DNA of 63,212 nt, filler included, from Octopus bimaculoides (taxonomy: Eukaryota), in assembly GCF_001194135.2 (NCBI RefSeq). It is 7 parts of 6 records of this genome, joined end to end, with 100 filler letters (N's around TTAATTAATTAA, not from the genome) between each part and the next. Parts side by side here need not be neighbours in the genome. Positions count along the whole stretch, not along the records: positions 10,408 to 18,390 come from NC_068986.1; positions 18,491 to 39,301 come from NC_068982.1; 5 more parts are not named here. The stretch is one strand, 5' to 3'. This document shows, piece by piece, positions 12,561 to 23,630 of this stretch (positions are counted from its first letter, which is position 1; every line of letters begins with the position of its first letter). The translations under genes were made by a program, and so were the position numbers. Under the pieces are notes generated by a model. It was not told the origin of the DNA and did not search any database. It worked only from the letters and a program-made list of their open reading frames with translations.

Positions 12561-12945
12561 GTAGAAACTGGTAGAATGATTGGTAGAGATCGATTGAGTG
12601 ACTAGTAGAAACTGGTAGAATGATTGGTAGAGATCGATAGAGTGACTAATAGAAACTGGTAGAATGATTGGTAGAGATTGATAGAGTGACTGGTAGAAAC
12701 TGGTAGAATGATTGGTAGAGATCAATTGAGTGATTCGTAGAAATTAGTAGAATGATTGGTAGAGATCGATTGAGTAACTGGTAGAAACTGGTAGAATGAT
12801 TGGTAGAGATCGATAGAGTGACTAATAGAAACTGTTAGAATGATTGGTAGAGATCGATTGAGTGACTGGTAGAAACTGGTTAAATGATTGGCAGAGATCA
12901 ACAGGGCGATTGGTAGAAACTGGTAGAATGATTGGTAGAGATTAA
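12561..12945. repeat. 44-bp minisatellite, about 9 units (more degenerate precursor units 12300-12560)
   Basis: The unit gtagaaactggtagaatgattggtagagatcgattgagtgact(a/g) starts at 12561, 12605, 12649, 12693, 12737, 12781, 12825, 12869 and 12913. Confidence 0.92.
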
Positions 12946-13403
12946 TAGGTTAGAGATTGATAGAATGATGTAAACTACGCGATGCAACATTTAGTGATAC
13001 AATATTTTACAATCCTTGCGTTTAAAATGTGTAATACCACTCTAAGTTAAACATTGATCTCAGGACAAACAATAGCCTGAAAGGCTTAAATTTCATGTCT
13101 TATACATGATGAGTTCAATTCCCATCGAGGTTAATTTCGTTTTTGTACGCTTTGAGATCAACAAAATTCATAATAATATATGCGTAGGTGTGTGAGTATG
13201 TGTGTATACACAAACATATATATGCACACACATATATGATATACATACATATGTGTATGTGTGTGTGTGTGCGCGCGCGTGTAACCAAACAATCATATAC
13301 ATTAATGTGTACGAGAGTGTTAATATATATCTTGTTGTCGATGTAATAAAAAACGCCCACTTTACTTTTCAACAATTGATCTTTTATTTGTATATTGGTC
13401 TCC

Positions 13404-13463
<60 letters not shown>

Positions 13464-13784
13464 CACATTCATTCATTCGCATTTGTGGATATTTGTATTT
13501 CCGTTCAGAATTCATACATTTGTATTATATCGATTTTCTTGGACTGACACAAAGCGATCAACTTGTGCCAAAAAGAATGTAAATCGATTGCATATCAATT
13601 TCCGGTTTCGCAACATTTTTCTTTTATCAACGTCCCAAAGATGAAAAGGGAAAATCGACTCAGGTTGAGTTTGAACTCAGATTGCCGAGTAAAGAAAGTT
13701 GATTTAATCTTCTCGTTTTTGTCCCCACCCCCTAACGCCCTGATATAAGTCTCTCAATACCTGATATGAACGTATGTTGACACA

Positions 13785-14040
13785 GAATGACTAAATGTTT
13801 AAGAAGTTCATTTTGCGATCACAGCGTCACAGGTTCGATCCTAGTCTGTGTTATCTTAAGTGTCTCTTGCTATCGCTTCGGCTGAACGATTGTCCGATAA
13901 GTGAAACTGGGTTGAGGAAAACTGTGCTGAATCGCGTCGATAGAGCTATCCTTGTCCCACATTGTGTTATTCCGATTCTGCATGAGGATTGCGTTTACAG
14001 TATACACATGTCTCAGGAATACTCAACCACTTATTTTGAT
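13785..14040 (+). mobile_element. tRNA-derived SINE, diverged; 3' part related to family C (33193)
   Basis: B-box-like ggttcgatcct at about 13832. The tail gtatacacatgtctcaggaatactcaaccactt resembles gggtacacgtgtctgtggtgtgctcagccactt at 33430. Confidence 0.5.
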
Positions 14041-14445
14041 AATGAATTCTGTTGATCAAACAACTAAATACTTATTGCCGAAATCGACGGAGGTCCAGTT
14101 ATTTATGTTCATGTATATGTGCTTTTTTTTGTTTGTTTTATGGATCTGGAGCCCCTCCAAATCAACGACTTTGATGTCAGCTTAAACAGGGGGGCCGACA
14201 TTTTGGAGAGGCACGACTGGGAGTAGGGGTTTAGTGTGGTCCGGGAGTGGGGCTAACAACAACATGAATGATGAATGGAGGAGGAGAGAGAAGTGAGTTG
14301 AGAGTGTCTGAGTGGATGCGGGACCAGATTCTCTAGCGGTGAAGAGCAGAAACCAATGATCGAAGAACAGAGACCAATAAATGGACGGCTGCCTGTCTGG
14401 GGAGAACATTAATCTCCAGTTGCATAATAACGGCACCTCTGTTGA

Positions 14446-14826
14446 TTATTACTTCCACCTTAGCGAAGGCAGAGGTATTGTTCTCAGTGGTGTTTGTTTG
14501 TTTGTCAGTGGACAAGATATCTCAAGAACCACTGGATGGATTCGGATGAAACTCTCACGGATGTTTGGTCTCGTAACTGGCACGAGCTGGTTAGATTTTG
14601 GGATCGATCCGGTACCGGACAAGGAGTCTGGATTATTTTTCCTGATTTTTATTTTATTTAATTTTTAAAAGCGGTCGGGTTCATTTTTAGTCTTCTCGTT
14701 AGTGAGAGAACAGTCGAGTTTATTTCAGATATTCTCATTTTAAAAATCATCTCCGGCTAATCGTTGAGAGGAGGACATTGGTGTTGCCTTGGCGGAGGTT
14801 TGCGAACTCTGGATACTCTGGTTGTT
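14446..14826 (+). mobile_element. Non-autonomous Helentron-associated element (HINE/DINE-1-like)
   Basis: 5' ttattacttccaccttagcgaaggcagaggt with a (tgtt)n tract, and 3' gccttggcggaggt..ctctggatactctggttgtt. The sub-terminal inverted repeats (acttccacct / ggcggaggt) and T-rich ends fit the HINE architecture. Confidence 0.65.
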
Positions 14827-15360
14827 CTTCAATCTGTTCTGTCCTTAGCAATACGGTATTTGACACCATTTCCTGTAAACAATATGGAGGATCTTTCAAA
14901 CGCAACTTAGGTCTTCTTCTTATTAGCGCACTTTGGGAAAGCTCACTGAATTCAGCATTTTCAAGGGCCTTGGGTAGGGAACCAATGACTTGAAACCATT
15001 CAGTAATAACCTCAGGACGCATGCGTCATATAGTCTGCCTTTCGTGATTGTATTTAGCGTTTATTCTTCCATGCTTTCTTTTATTTTTGTTCTTTGGTAA
15101 CAGAGCGGATCTGGAACTAAACACCACCACCAACAACAACAAGCACAACAGAAGGAGCTTCTAGATAGTCACTGGACCTGCTAGAAACAGCAGCAAAATC
15201 TTCTCAAATTACACTCGACTGTCTTGAAATAAAGATGGGCATGTTGTATTATGCAATTATTTCTAGATAATACAGTTCTATATTTAAGAGATGAGGAATT
15301 ATGTACATTATTTACATTATTTACATTTGACGTATATTAGTCCTCATCTTGTTTGTTGTT

Positions 15361-15406
15361 AACACAACGTTTCGGCTGATATACCCTCCAGCCTTCATCA
15401 GGTGTC
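15361..15406 (-). ncRNA. Minimal type I hammerhead ribozyme motif
   Basis: Minus strand: GACAC-CUGAUGA-A-GGCUG(gagggtatat)CAGCC-GAAAC-GUU-GUGUU. Stem I is 5 bp (one G:U) and stem II is 5 bp perfect. Both core boxes are intact, stem III is the palindrome AACGUU, and the predicted cleavage triplet is GUU. Confidence 0.7.
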
Positions 15407-15507
15407 TTGGGGAAATCTCGAACCTGGGTTCTCATTCCTAAGGTATTTTTCGATGGATACTACTACTACTGCTACTACTACTACTACTGCTACTACTACT
15501 ACTGCTG

Positions 15508-15561
<54 letters not shown>

Positions 15562-15562
15562 T

Positions 15563-15603
<41 letters not shown>

Positions 15604-15729
15604 ATAATAATAATAATAATAATAATAATNNNNNNNNNNNNNNNNNNNNNNNNNNNNNNNNNNNNNNNNNNNNNNNNNNNNNNNNNNNNNNNNNNNNNNN
15701 NNNNNNNNNNNNNNNNNNNNNNNNNNNNN

Positions 15730-15818
<89 letters not shown>

Positions 15819-15876
15819 TAATAACAACATCGAAAAATAGCTTAGGAATGAGAACCCAGGTTCGAAATTTCGCGAA

Positions 15877-15905
15877 GACACCTGATGAATCCGAAACGTT
15901 GTGTT
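15877..15905 (+). ncRNA. Hammerhead motif with stem II deleted (probably inactive)
   Basis: GACAC-CTGATGA-atcc-GAAAC-GTT-GTGTT; the stem II hairpin is collapsed to 4 nt. Confidence 0.55.
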
Positions 15906-16283
15906 CATAACAAACAAGATGAGGACAAATATCCGTCAAATGTAAATAATTATTTCTAGATGAAGGAAAAATTTACAGGATGGGCATGGTTAGAACGCCT
16001 TTGATTATAAATCTGCTCAATCATTATCGTCCCGGGATGAAACGACAATGACAACAATATTCATCAACCAACAAGAAAACTTTTATTCGATTCGTCGACC
16101 TGCCAGAAATAACAGCCAACATTCCTTTAATTCACAGACTACCGTACAAAATACAGGATATATTCCACAATGTAGTCCACGACAGACAAAATAGACGTGA
16201 TGGTCATTACTGGAATACCTTTGACCAGAATTTTGCCTGTTAGATATCGCTTAACTTTCTGATGATACAGCGGTGGCGGTAGC

Positions 16284-16340
<57 letters not shown>

Positions 16341-17544
16341 GGTGGTGGTGGTGGTGNNNNNNNNNNGAGAAAGAGAGAAAGTGAGAAAGAGAGAGAAAGA
16401 GAGAGAGAGAGAGAAAGAGAGAGAGATATAAAGAGAGAGAGAGAGAAAGAGAGAGAGAGACAGAGTGCATATGTTCTTAGGTACAAACGCATACACAGGC
16501 ATGTATGCTCTTGTACAAGTATGCACACGGACCCACGCGCACACACGCGCACGTACGCACACACACGCGCATGCACACACACAGAGCAAACACTACACAC
16601 ATACAAATCACACATACAATTCAACAGAATGCATACGTATATATATATATATNNNNNNNNNNNNNNNNNNNNNNNNNNNNNNNNNNNNNNNNNNNNNNNN
16701 NNNNNNNNNNNNNNNNNNNNNNNNNNNNNNNNNNNNNNNNNNNNNNNNNNNNNNNNNNNNNNNNNNNNNNNNNNNNNNNNNNNNNNNNNNNNNNNNNNNN
16801 NNNNNNNNNNNNNNNNNNNNNNNNNNNNNNNNNNNNNNNNNNNNNNNNNNNNNNNNNNNNNNNNNNNNNNNNNNNNNNNNNNNNNNNNNNNNNNNNNNNN
16901 NNNNNNNNNNNNNNNNNNNNNNNNNNNNNNNNNNNNNNNNNNNNNNNNNNNNNNNNNNNNNNNNNNNNNNNNNNNNNNNNNNNNNNNNNNNNNNNNNNNN
17001 NNNNNNNNNNNNNNNNNNNNNNNNNNNNNNNNNNNNNNNNNNNNNNNNNNNNNNNNNNNNNNNNNNNNNNNNNNNNNNNNNNNNNNNNNNNNNNNNNNNN
17101 NNNNNNNNNNNNNNNNNNNNNNNNNNNNNNNNNNNNNNNNNNNNNNNNNNNNNNNNNNNNNNNNNNNNNNNNNNNNNNNNNNNNNNNNNNNNNNNNNNNN
17201 NNNNNNNNNNNNNNNNNNNNNNNNNNNNNNNNNNNNNNNNNNNNNNNNNNNNNNNNNNNNNNNNNNNNNNNNNNNNNNNNNNNNNNNNNNNNNNNNNNNN
17301 NNNNNNNNNNNNNNNNNNNNNNNNNNNNNNNNNNNNNNNNNNNNNNNNNNNNNNNNNNNNNNNNNNNNNNNNNNNNNNNNNNNNNNNNNNNNNNNNNNNN
17401 NNNNNNNNNNNNNNNNNNNNNNNNNNNNNNNNNNNNNNNNNNNNNNNNNNNNNNNNNNNNNNNCACCACCACCACCACCACCACCACCACACCACCACCA
17501 CCACCACCACTCATTACACCCTAACACCACTACTCGCAGTTTGG

Positions 17545-18150
17545 CTGTATAGCTTGCTTTTCTTATTATTGTCAAAGCCCAGGTGAGTCTTGATCAAGTA
17601 GGACTATCATCAAAGACGGTCTCACCATGACCATTCCACAGAGTATCAACAACTACGTTACCTAATGTATTCTTAGTTTTTCTTTTTTATAAGTAAATAG
17701 ATAGAAATTCGAGGGAAACTTGACTGCTATTTCTAGCAGCATATAGAGTACCTGCGTAGAGTTCCATCCTTAGATCGTCTAAGACTCACTTTTGCTGTTT
17801 AACCCCAGGTGGTTCCTGATTAGGCAGAGATATGAAACCCATCCAAATCATCTCAATTTCATCTTTCATCTAGTGTGATTTGAGGGAGATTTGGTTGCTA
17901 TTTCCTACATGAAGAGTGGCCTTGTTGAGGCCTCCATCATGGTCAAATGCAATCTCGGTAACTTTGTTATTTGGCATTTAATTATTATTCGCATGGAATT
18001 GTAGTTACAGTTTTGCCCCCAGGTTGGCTCGATTCCAACGGATCATCATACAAAGCCGTTACGACCATGCCCATCAAGTCTTTTTTTTTTTGTCAGACAT
18101 GTATCTGAGTCTACAATATTAAATATGCCTACTATTTCTAGCAAATCCTG
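17545..18150 (-). repeat. Three head-to-tail units of the ~230-bp (CAA)n-tailed repeat family
   Basis: Recurring ccc(c)agg start blocks at about 17578, 17802 and 18015. The ctattt(c)tagca/ctatttcctaca end blocks recur at about 17728, 17899 and 18132. Confidence 0.6.
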
Positions 18151-18158
18151 CGACCACC

Positions 18159-18183
18159 TTGCGTCATGTTGTTGATGAGGAAC

Positions 18184-18214
<31 letters not shown>

Positions 18215-18390
18215 CGATGACGACAATGATGATGACGATGATGATGATGATGACGATGTTGATGATGATGATGATGATGATGATGACGATGACGATGTTG
18301 ATGATGATGATGATGATGATGATGACGATGACGATGTTGATGATGATGATGATGATGATGACGATGACGACGTTGATGATGATGATGATG
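18159..18390. repeat. (GAT/GAC)n microsatellite with 39-bp higher-order periodicity
   Basis: GTT interruptions at 18258, 18297, 18336 and 18372 (spacing 39, 39, 36). Confidence 0.85.
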
Positions 18391-18918
18391 NNNNNNNNNN
18401 NNNNNNNNNNNNNNNNNNNNNNNNNNNNNNNNNNTTAATTAATTAANNNNNNNNNNNNNNNNNNNNNNNNNNNNNNNNNNNNNNNNNNNNATATATATAT
18501 ATATATAAACAGCTAGGCGCAATGTAATACCATAAAGGAAAAATTCAATCGTCACCAAGAGTGACTAAGGCCGACTCACCTACATTGCTAGAAATAAGAG
18601 TTAAAATACTCTTAATGCTGTAGAAAGAGCGCAGATGCATACAACACATGCTGACATGGGAGGTAACCGCCCCTTGTCGTCTCGAAAATCCTCAGACTAG
18701 ACATTTTGTTTCGTCTCTTCCGTATACATCGTCAGTGAGAACTGCTCGAACAGCACGTTTGGCTAATCCCGCCTGTCAGCATGTGTGTATTTACCATGTA
18801 TATATATATATATACATATGGCTTAACAGCCCTCACCGTTTGGTTTTACTGTTTTGTTCTTACTCTTCTGTTTTTGTTACCACTTTATCCCTCCGCAAAA
18901 AAAACCCAAATTATATTT

Positions 18919-18990
18919 AATTTGCTTTGCGGGAAGGACTGTTTTAACAAAGTCAATTTGCTTTGCAGGAAGGACTGTTTTAACAAAGTC
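18919..18990. repeat. 36-bp tandem duplication
   Basis: aatttgctttgc(g/a)ggaaggactgttttaacaaagtc x2, one mismatch. Confidence 0.95.
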
Positions 18991-19522
18991 GCATCTTGTC
19001 CCTACGGTCGAAACGCAGAGTAGACAAAACAGGGGACAACTGATGAAGGGATTGTTCTTTATGTAGCCTGTCTCGTTTCTCTATTTGTTTCTTCCGTTGT
19101 TCGAAAAAAAGTTCGTTTTCCATGCTTTTTTAAAAAAATGTTCTCGTTTCTCATTTTGTCCATGTTTCTGACGTCCTGTACCCATATATGCATGTATATA
19201 TACACATATATATGTAGGCGTGTACATGTATGTGTGTATGTATAAATATATATATATATATATATATANNNNNNNNNNNNNNNNNNNNNNNNNNNNNNNN
19301 NNNNNNNNNNNNNNNNNNNNNNNNNNNNNNNNNNNNNNNNNNNNNNNNNNNNNNNNNNNNNNNNNNNNNNNNNNNNNNNNNNNNNNNNNNNNNNNNNNNN
19401 NNNNNNNNNNNNNNNNNNNNNNNNNNNNNNNNNNNNNNNNNNNNNNNNNNNNNNNNNNNNNNNNNNNNNNNNNNNNNNNNNNNNNNNNNNNNNNNNNNNN
19501 NNNNNNNNNNNNNNNNNNNNNN

Positions 19523-19566
<44 letters not shown>

Positions 19567-19854
19567 GGGTCTAAATGTGGAATGGTGCGTCTGGTGATCA
19601 ATGGTGATGTGTGGATTTATCAGAAAATCTGAATATGAATTATAGGGAAGTAAGAACGTATGCGAAACTATGTGGTCGCCTGTATATAGCATACATAACA
19701 CTACGCTAGGCTAGTCCACATGTATTATCCTTTTCCACGCCCGCATACACGTGCATTCATGGTTCGTTTCATATGGGTTGATAAGCTTTACACGCAAAAA
19801 AATATATGACTCAATAGTAAAAGTTGATACGAACAAATAACACTTAATAAACAT

Positions 19855-20073
19855 GAAGACGGCGACCTTCACAGAATCGTTAGCACGCCGAGAAAAGTGC
19901 TTAGCGGCATTTTGTCTGTCTTCGTGTTCTGAGTTCCAATTCCGCCGAGGTCGACTTTGCCTTTCATCCTTCCAGGTCGATGAAATAAGTACCAGCGGAA
20001 CACTGGGGGTCGATGTAATCGACTAAACCCCACTCACCGAAATTACTAGTTTTGTGCCGAAATTTGAGACTAA
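19855..20073 (+). mobile_element. tRNA-derived SINE family B
   Basis: Head ..cagaatcgttagcacgccg.., B-box-like gagttccaattcc, and body gactttgcctttcatccttccaggtcgatgaaataagtacc. Confidence 0.8.
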
Positions 20074-20086
20074 TCTTAATATGCAT

Positions 20087-20310
20087 GAAGGCGGCAACCG
20101 GGAAGAATCGTTAGTACGTCGAGCAAAATGCTTACTGGCATTTTGTCAGTCTTTTTTACGTTCTGAGTTCAAATTCTGCCGAGGCTGACTTTGCCTTTTA
20201 TCCTTTCGAGGACGATAAAATAAAAACCATTTGAACACTGGAGACGATGCAATCAACTTATCTCCTCCTTCTTAATTCGTGGCCAAGTGCCAAAATTTGA
20301 AACCAATATT
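20087..20310 (+). mobile_element. tRNA-derived SINE family B, second tandem copy
   Basis: Collinear with 19855-20073 (gaatcgttagtacg..gagttcaaattctgccgagg..gactttgcctttt.atcctttcgagg). Confidence 0.8.
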
Positions 20311-20899
20311 AATATAAGACAAAAAAAAAAAGGGAATGATATTGCTATCAAGAAACATGGAGTTCTGAATGTCAGTGCTCCATGGTTGTGTTATTTAGTA
20401 AATTTAGTCATCAATTTCCAACGATACTAAAGTCAACTTCTTTTATTGTTACGCACGTGGTTTGTTGACATACATACATATAAAAGGAAGAAAATGGAAC
20501 CCACGAAACTCTTTATTCAGAATTACTACAATCCTTCAGACCCATCGTGCATCGGTACCATTCAGGTAAGATGTTGTACAAACAATTGTCAGGTATCGTA
20601 GGTGCAGATGTATTTCCTCGGGTAACTTTGTAAAAAGTACCCCGCTTTTTATTTGTCGTTTCACTTATTTCTATAACATTTTGGGAGTCTCATGAATTCC
20701 ATTTTTTTTTCTCTCATATTTTTATAAACTCTAAAAGTAATCACTACTCATCTTAAGAAAATATCATCGTAACACACACACCTGAAAAAATTGTCAGCAA
20801 AGCCAATTTTTAACAGCAAAAACTGCACCTCGAAGATCGACCCTTCTCTTATGGACCAACAATTACTTAATCCTTCCCCTTGCCCTCAAAAATATTACT

Positions 20900-21200
20900 G
20901 ACAGTCTAGAAGGCATTCACAACTGCACCACTCACAGACGTACTCCTTCACAGACATGCCCCAGTCTGTAGCATATGTATCCTGTCTCATCTTCCTACCT
21001 TTTCTACCGATATTATGATGGCCTCTGTTCTTTGGAGCTGACTATTCTTGTCTCACCTCTACTAAGACCTCTTTAAGACTTACTCATTTCTCATCTCATC
21101 ATCCATGATGCGTCCAATATCCCAGACTTTGCTCTAATCAATACTACTGGTTCTATCCCACTCCCACAACATTGACCTCCTGGAATCTTTGCCCAATCTT
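20900..21200 (-). mobile_element. Decayed RTE-type LINE C-terminal fragment
   Basis: Minus strand with frameshift reads ILDASWMMR.RNE*VLKR, resembling the RTE motif IL.ISW.DRVRNEEVL.R. Confidence 0.4.
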
Positions 21201-21436
21201 GCTTTCCTTCAGATGTCAAAATGGTGTCAGTTTGTAAAAATTTACGCGAAACATTAACAGTACCGCTAATACTGTAACCCCGAACCGACCTTTGCATTGT
21301 GAATGTATTTGGTAGTTGGACACTTGTGTGGAAGTCCGCCATATCTGTGGGTCTCTGAGTAATTATGTTTATATTTCCCTTCTACCCACACCGCAAAATC
21401 CACGTTAGAATAATTCCCATATTTATAAAAAAAAAA

Positions 21437-21525
21437 CAGTACTGGGTCGATTTGTTCGACTAAATCTTTCAAGGCGATGCCCCAGCAAGGCCGCAGTACA
21501 ATGACCGACGCGAATAAAAAATAGG
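21437..21525 (+). mobile_element. SINE family A 3' end
   Basis: gggtcgatttgttcgactaaa..aaggcgatgccccagcaaggccgcagt matches the 3' end of the 42575 copy. Confidence 0.65.
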
Positions 21526-22106
21526 ATATATCTGGGACGGTGCTTCTGTCGCATACGCTAAATATTCTAGATATATGAACGCTGTTTAGCTAATTATAAT
21601 TAGCTTAATAATTATTAAAGACTGGCAGACAGACATTTTATTTCGTGTCTGTTACTCTCTTACCGCTACTACAATGTTCTTTTCTCAGCTGAGTTTTAGC
21701 TTAAGACAGATGGTCCCAATACATTAATATATCCCCTCATTTCTATTATGTCTCATTTCCCAGATCATACTCCAAACACGTCATTGAAACGTTTCCCCAC
21801 CTAGAATTGTATCTTTTGTCCTGTGTTCTTTCCGTTTGTCGTCCAGACCTAAAACCTACAGCTGTTCAAACAGAACATCAATCGCATCAACTTCTTCGGT
21901 TTCTAGAGCCTGCGAAGGTCATCAACGTTGCCTGTCTTTCTCTGACGAATATATTAATAAAAACAGCTGTACCACAATAATGACTTTTGAAAAGATATAA
22001 ATATCAAAACCCTTCCTTTTTTTAATATTTTACTTTTTGCATTTCCCCAAATATGCCTCATCAAAACATACTAGTGCATTAGTATTAATATAATTACTGA
22101 AACTTT

Positions 22107-22222
22107 AAGGTGACGAGGTGGCAGAATCGTTAGCACACTGGCCAAAAAATAATGCTAAACGGCATTTCGTCCGTCTCAAATTCCGCCGAGAAAAACATTG
22201 CTTTTCATCCCTTTCGGGGGGT
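22107..22222 (+). mobile_element. SINE family B 5' fragment
   Basis: aaggtgacgaggtggcagaatcgttagcac..aaattccgccgag..ttttcatccctttcgggg. Confidence 0.7.
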
Positions 22223-23155
22223 GAACAGAGTATTACATGAGTAAGTTCTACAATATGTGTGTAGAGAGAGAGCTTAAAATTTAGTATGAATTAAACACAC
22301 AAAAAAGTCGATTATACGAAAACACAATTTAGACAGAAAATTAGAGAAAACTAAAAACAAGTTACGTAACCCACCCACACATGGGAGAGAGGACTTAGCA
22401 AATAACTTGGGGGTAAAACGCTCTATGATTGCCTAACTGCCATTCGTCATACTGAAACACAGTACACCGGATACGTATGTTTTGCGCTGGACGGGGTAGA
22501 AAATATCAAACGTCCCTCGGGAAAAGTATGCTTGAGGGTGTGCTGAAACATAACTATGGTCTATATCAACATCCTATCGTTGTTCGTGCATTTCTGAAAA
22601 CCGCCCTTACTTCCTCTTCCTCATACAGCAGCACGTCGTCATCGTTTTTACGTTTCAGAGATCTCAGCTATGATTTCAGATCTATGTCGTTTACTCTCAC
22701 AGTGTGAACTCCCTATCACCCCGTTGGGTATGTGTTCCATTCTTTTATTTTGCATTCTTACTGCTCTTACTCAATAACCTTCTCTCTGCCCTTAAAAAAA
22801 TTTTTTTTTTAGGTTTTTGTCTCAGCAACAGATTGTTACTCATCTTGAGCCTCTATGTTTATATCGGAGATAGAAGATGGTGTGGTACCTCTGGTATAAG
22901 GGAAAGTTCTGCTTCATCCTGTTTAGTACAGAGAACGAAGCGTTGTTTCCGAGCAACCTGAGAGATGTCTATATTGTTCCGCAAAATGTAACAACTACTC
23001 TGACATTTGTATAGTACAGGCATATGTATTGCAGAATTAGCCAATCGGCAATAAGATACACCGATTCGTGTTCTCGCCTCGCCTCGTCTTGTCTCGCCTT
23101 CTGCCTTGAAGACCAGGTAGCCACTTCCGCACGTCCTACCCTGGCAGATGGAGAG

Positions 23156-23190
<35 letters not shown>

Positions 23191-23593
23191 CGGCTCTAGC
23201 TTCCTCTAATTCCTCAATTAGGGGTATAACGAAAGCTCATCCCGCTTCCGCAGTATTGAGGTTTGTTACATCCCTTATTTCCTCAGGCTAGGAGACATTC
23301 TCTTTTATAACACATTGCTTCCTTCCTCGTTTTCTTTTTTCTTTTTTTTTTTGTTGATTGAATTCGATTTATGTAGAAATGTTAGCAATGCCGGTAAAAC
23401 TCTTCGATTGGCATTAACATTCACATTCAAGAAAATGTGTATGTGAATGTTATAATTGTTGTTGTTGTTGCCAAAATTGTTACTTGCAATTTTCTCACTA
23501 ATGTCGTTGTTTAAAGACGCATGATAATCGTTCTCTTTAAAATGTGTATTTTGTTGTACAATATAATTTCATTGCTTTTCTTTTCTCTCTCTC

Positions 23594-23630
<37 letters not shown>

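Larger units (their letters stand above)
15269..15947. mobile_element. Inverted (head-to-head) pair of hammerhead-bearing repeat modules joined by (TAC)n/(TAA)n, flanked by a 14-bp direct repeat
   Basis: 15271-15456 (minus) and 15828-15947 (plus) are the same sequence in opposite orientation. aattatttctagat is present at both 15255-15268 and 15948-15961. Confidence 0.8.
15105..16250 (+). repeat. Two head-to-tail units of a dispersed ~230-bp (CAA)n-tailed repeat family; the first unit is interrupted by the 15269-15947 insertion
   Basis: Shared blocks gacctgctagaaa(c/t)agcagc.aaatct..tcaaat.acac and ggatgg(g/t)cat.g.t.gaa..cctttga occur at 15175/15977 and 16095/16197. The same blocks occur at 4675, 18580, 32050 and 32490. 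Confidence 0.6.

Noticed and set aside
12561-12945. Regular repeat array as a CRISPR
   Set aside because: The units are contiguous with no unique spacers, there are no cas genes, and the context is eukaryotic.
18993-19070. Second hammerhead-like motif (AUC, 8-bp stem ttgtccct/ggggacaa, CTGATGA at 19040-19046, agg/cct)
   Set aside because: No GAAA follows stem II. The only CGAAAC (19009-19014) lies inside the stem I loop and gives no valid type I, II or III topology.
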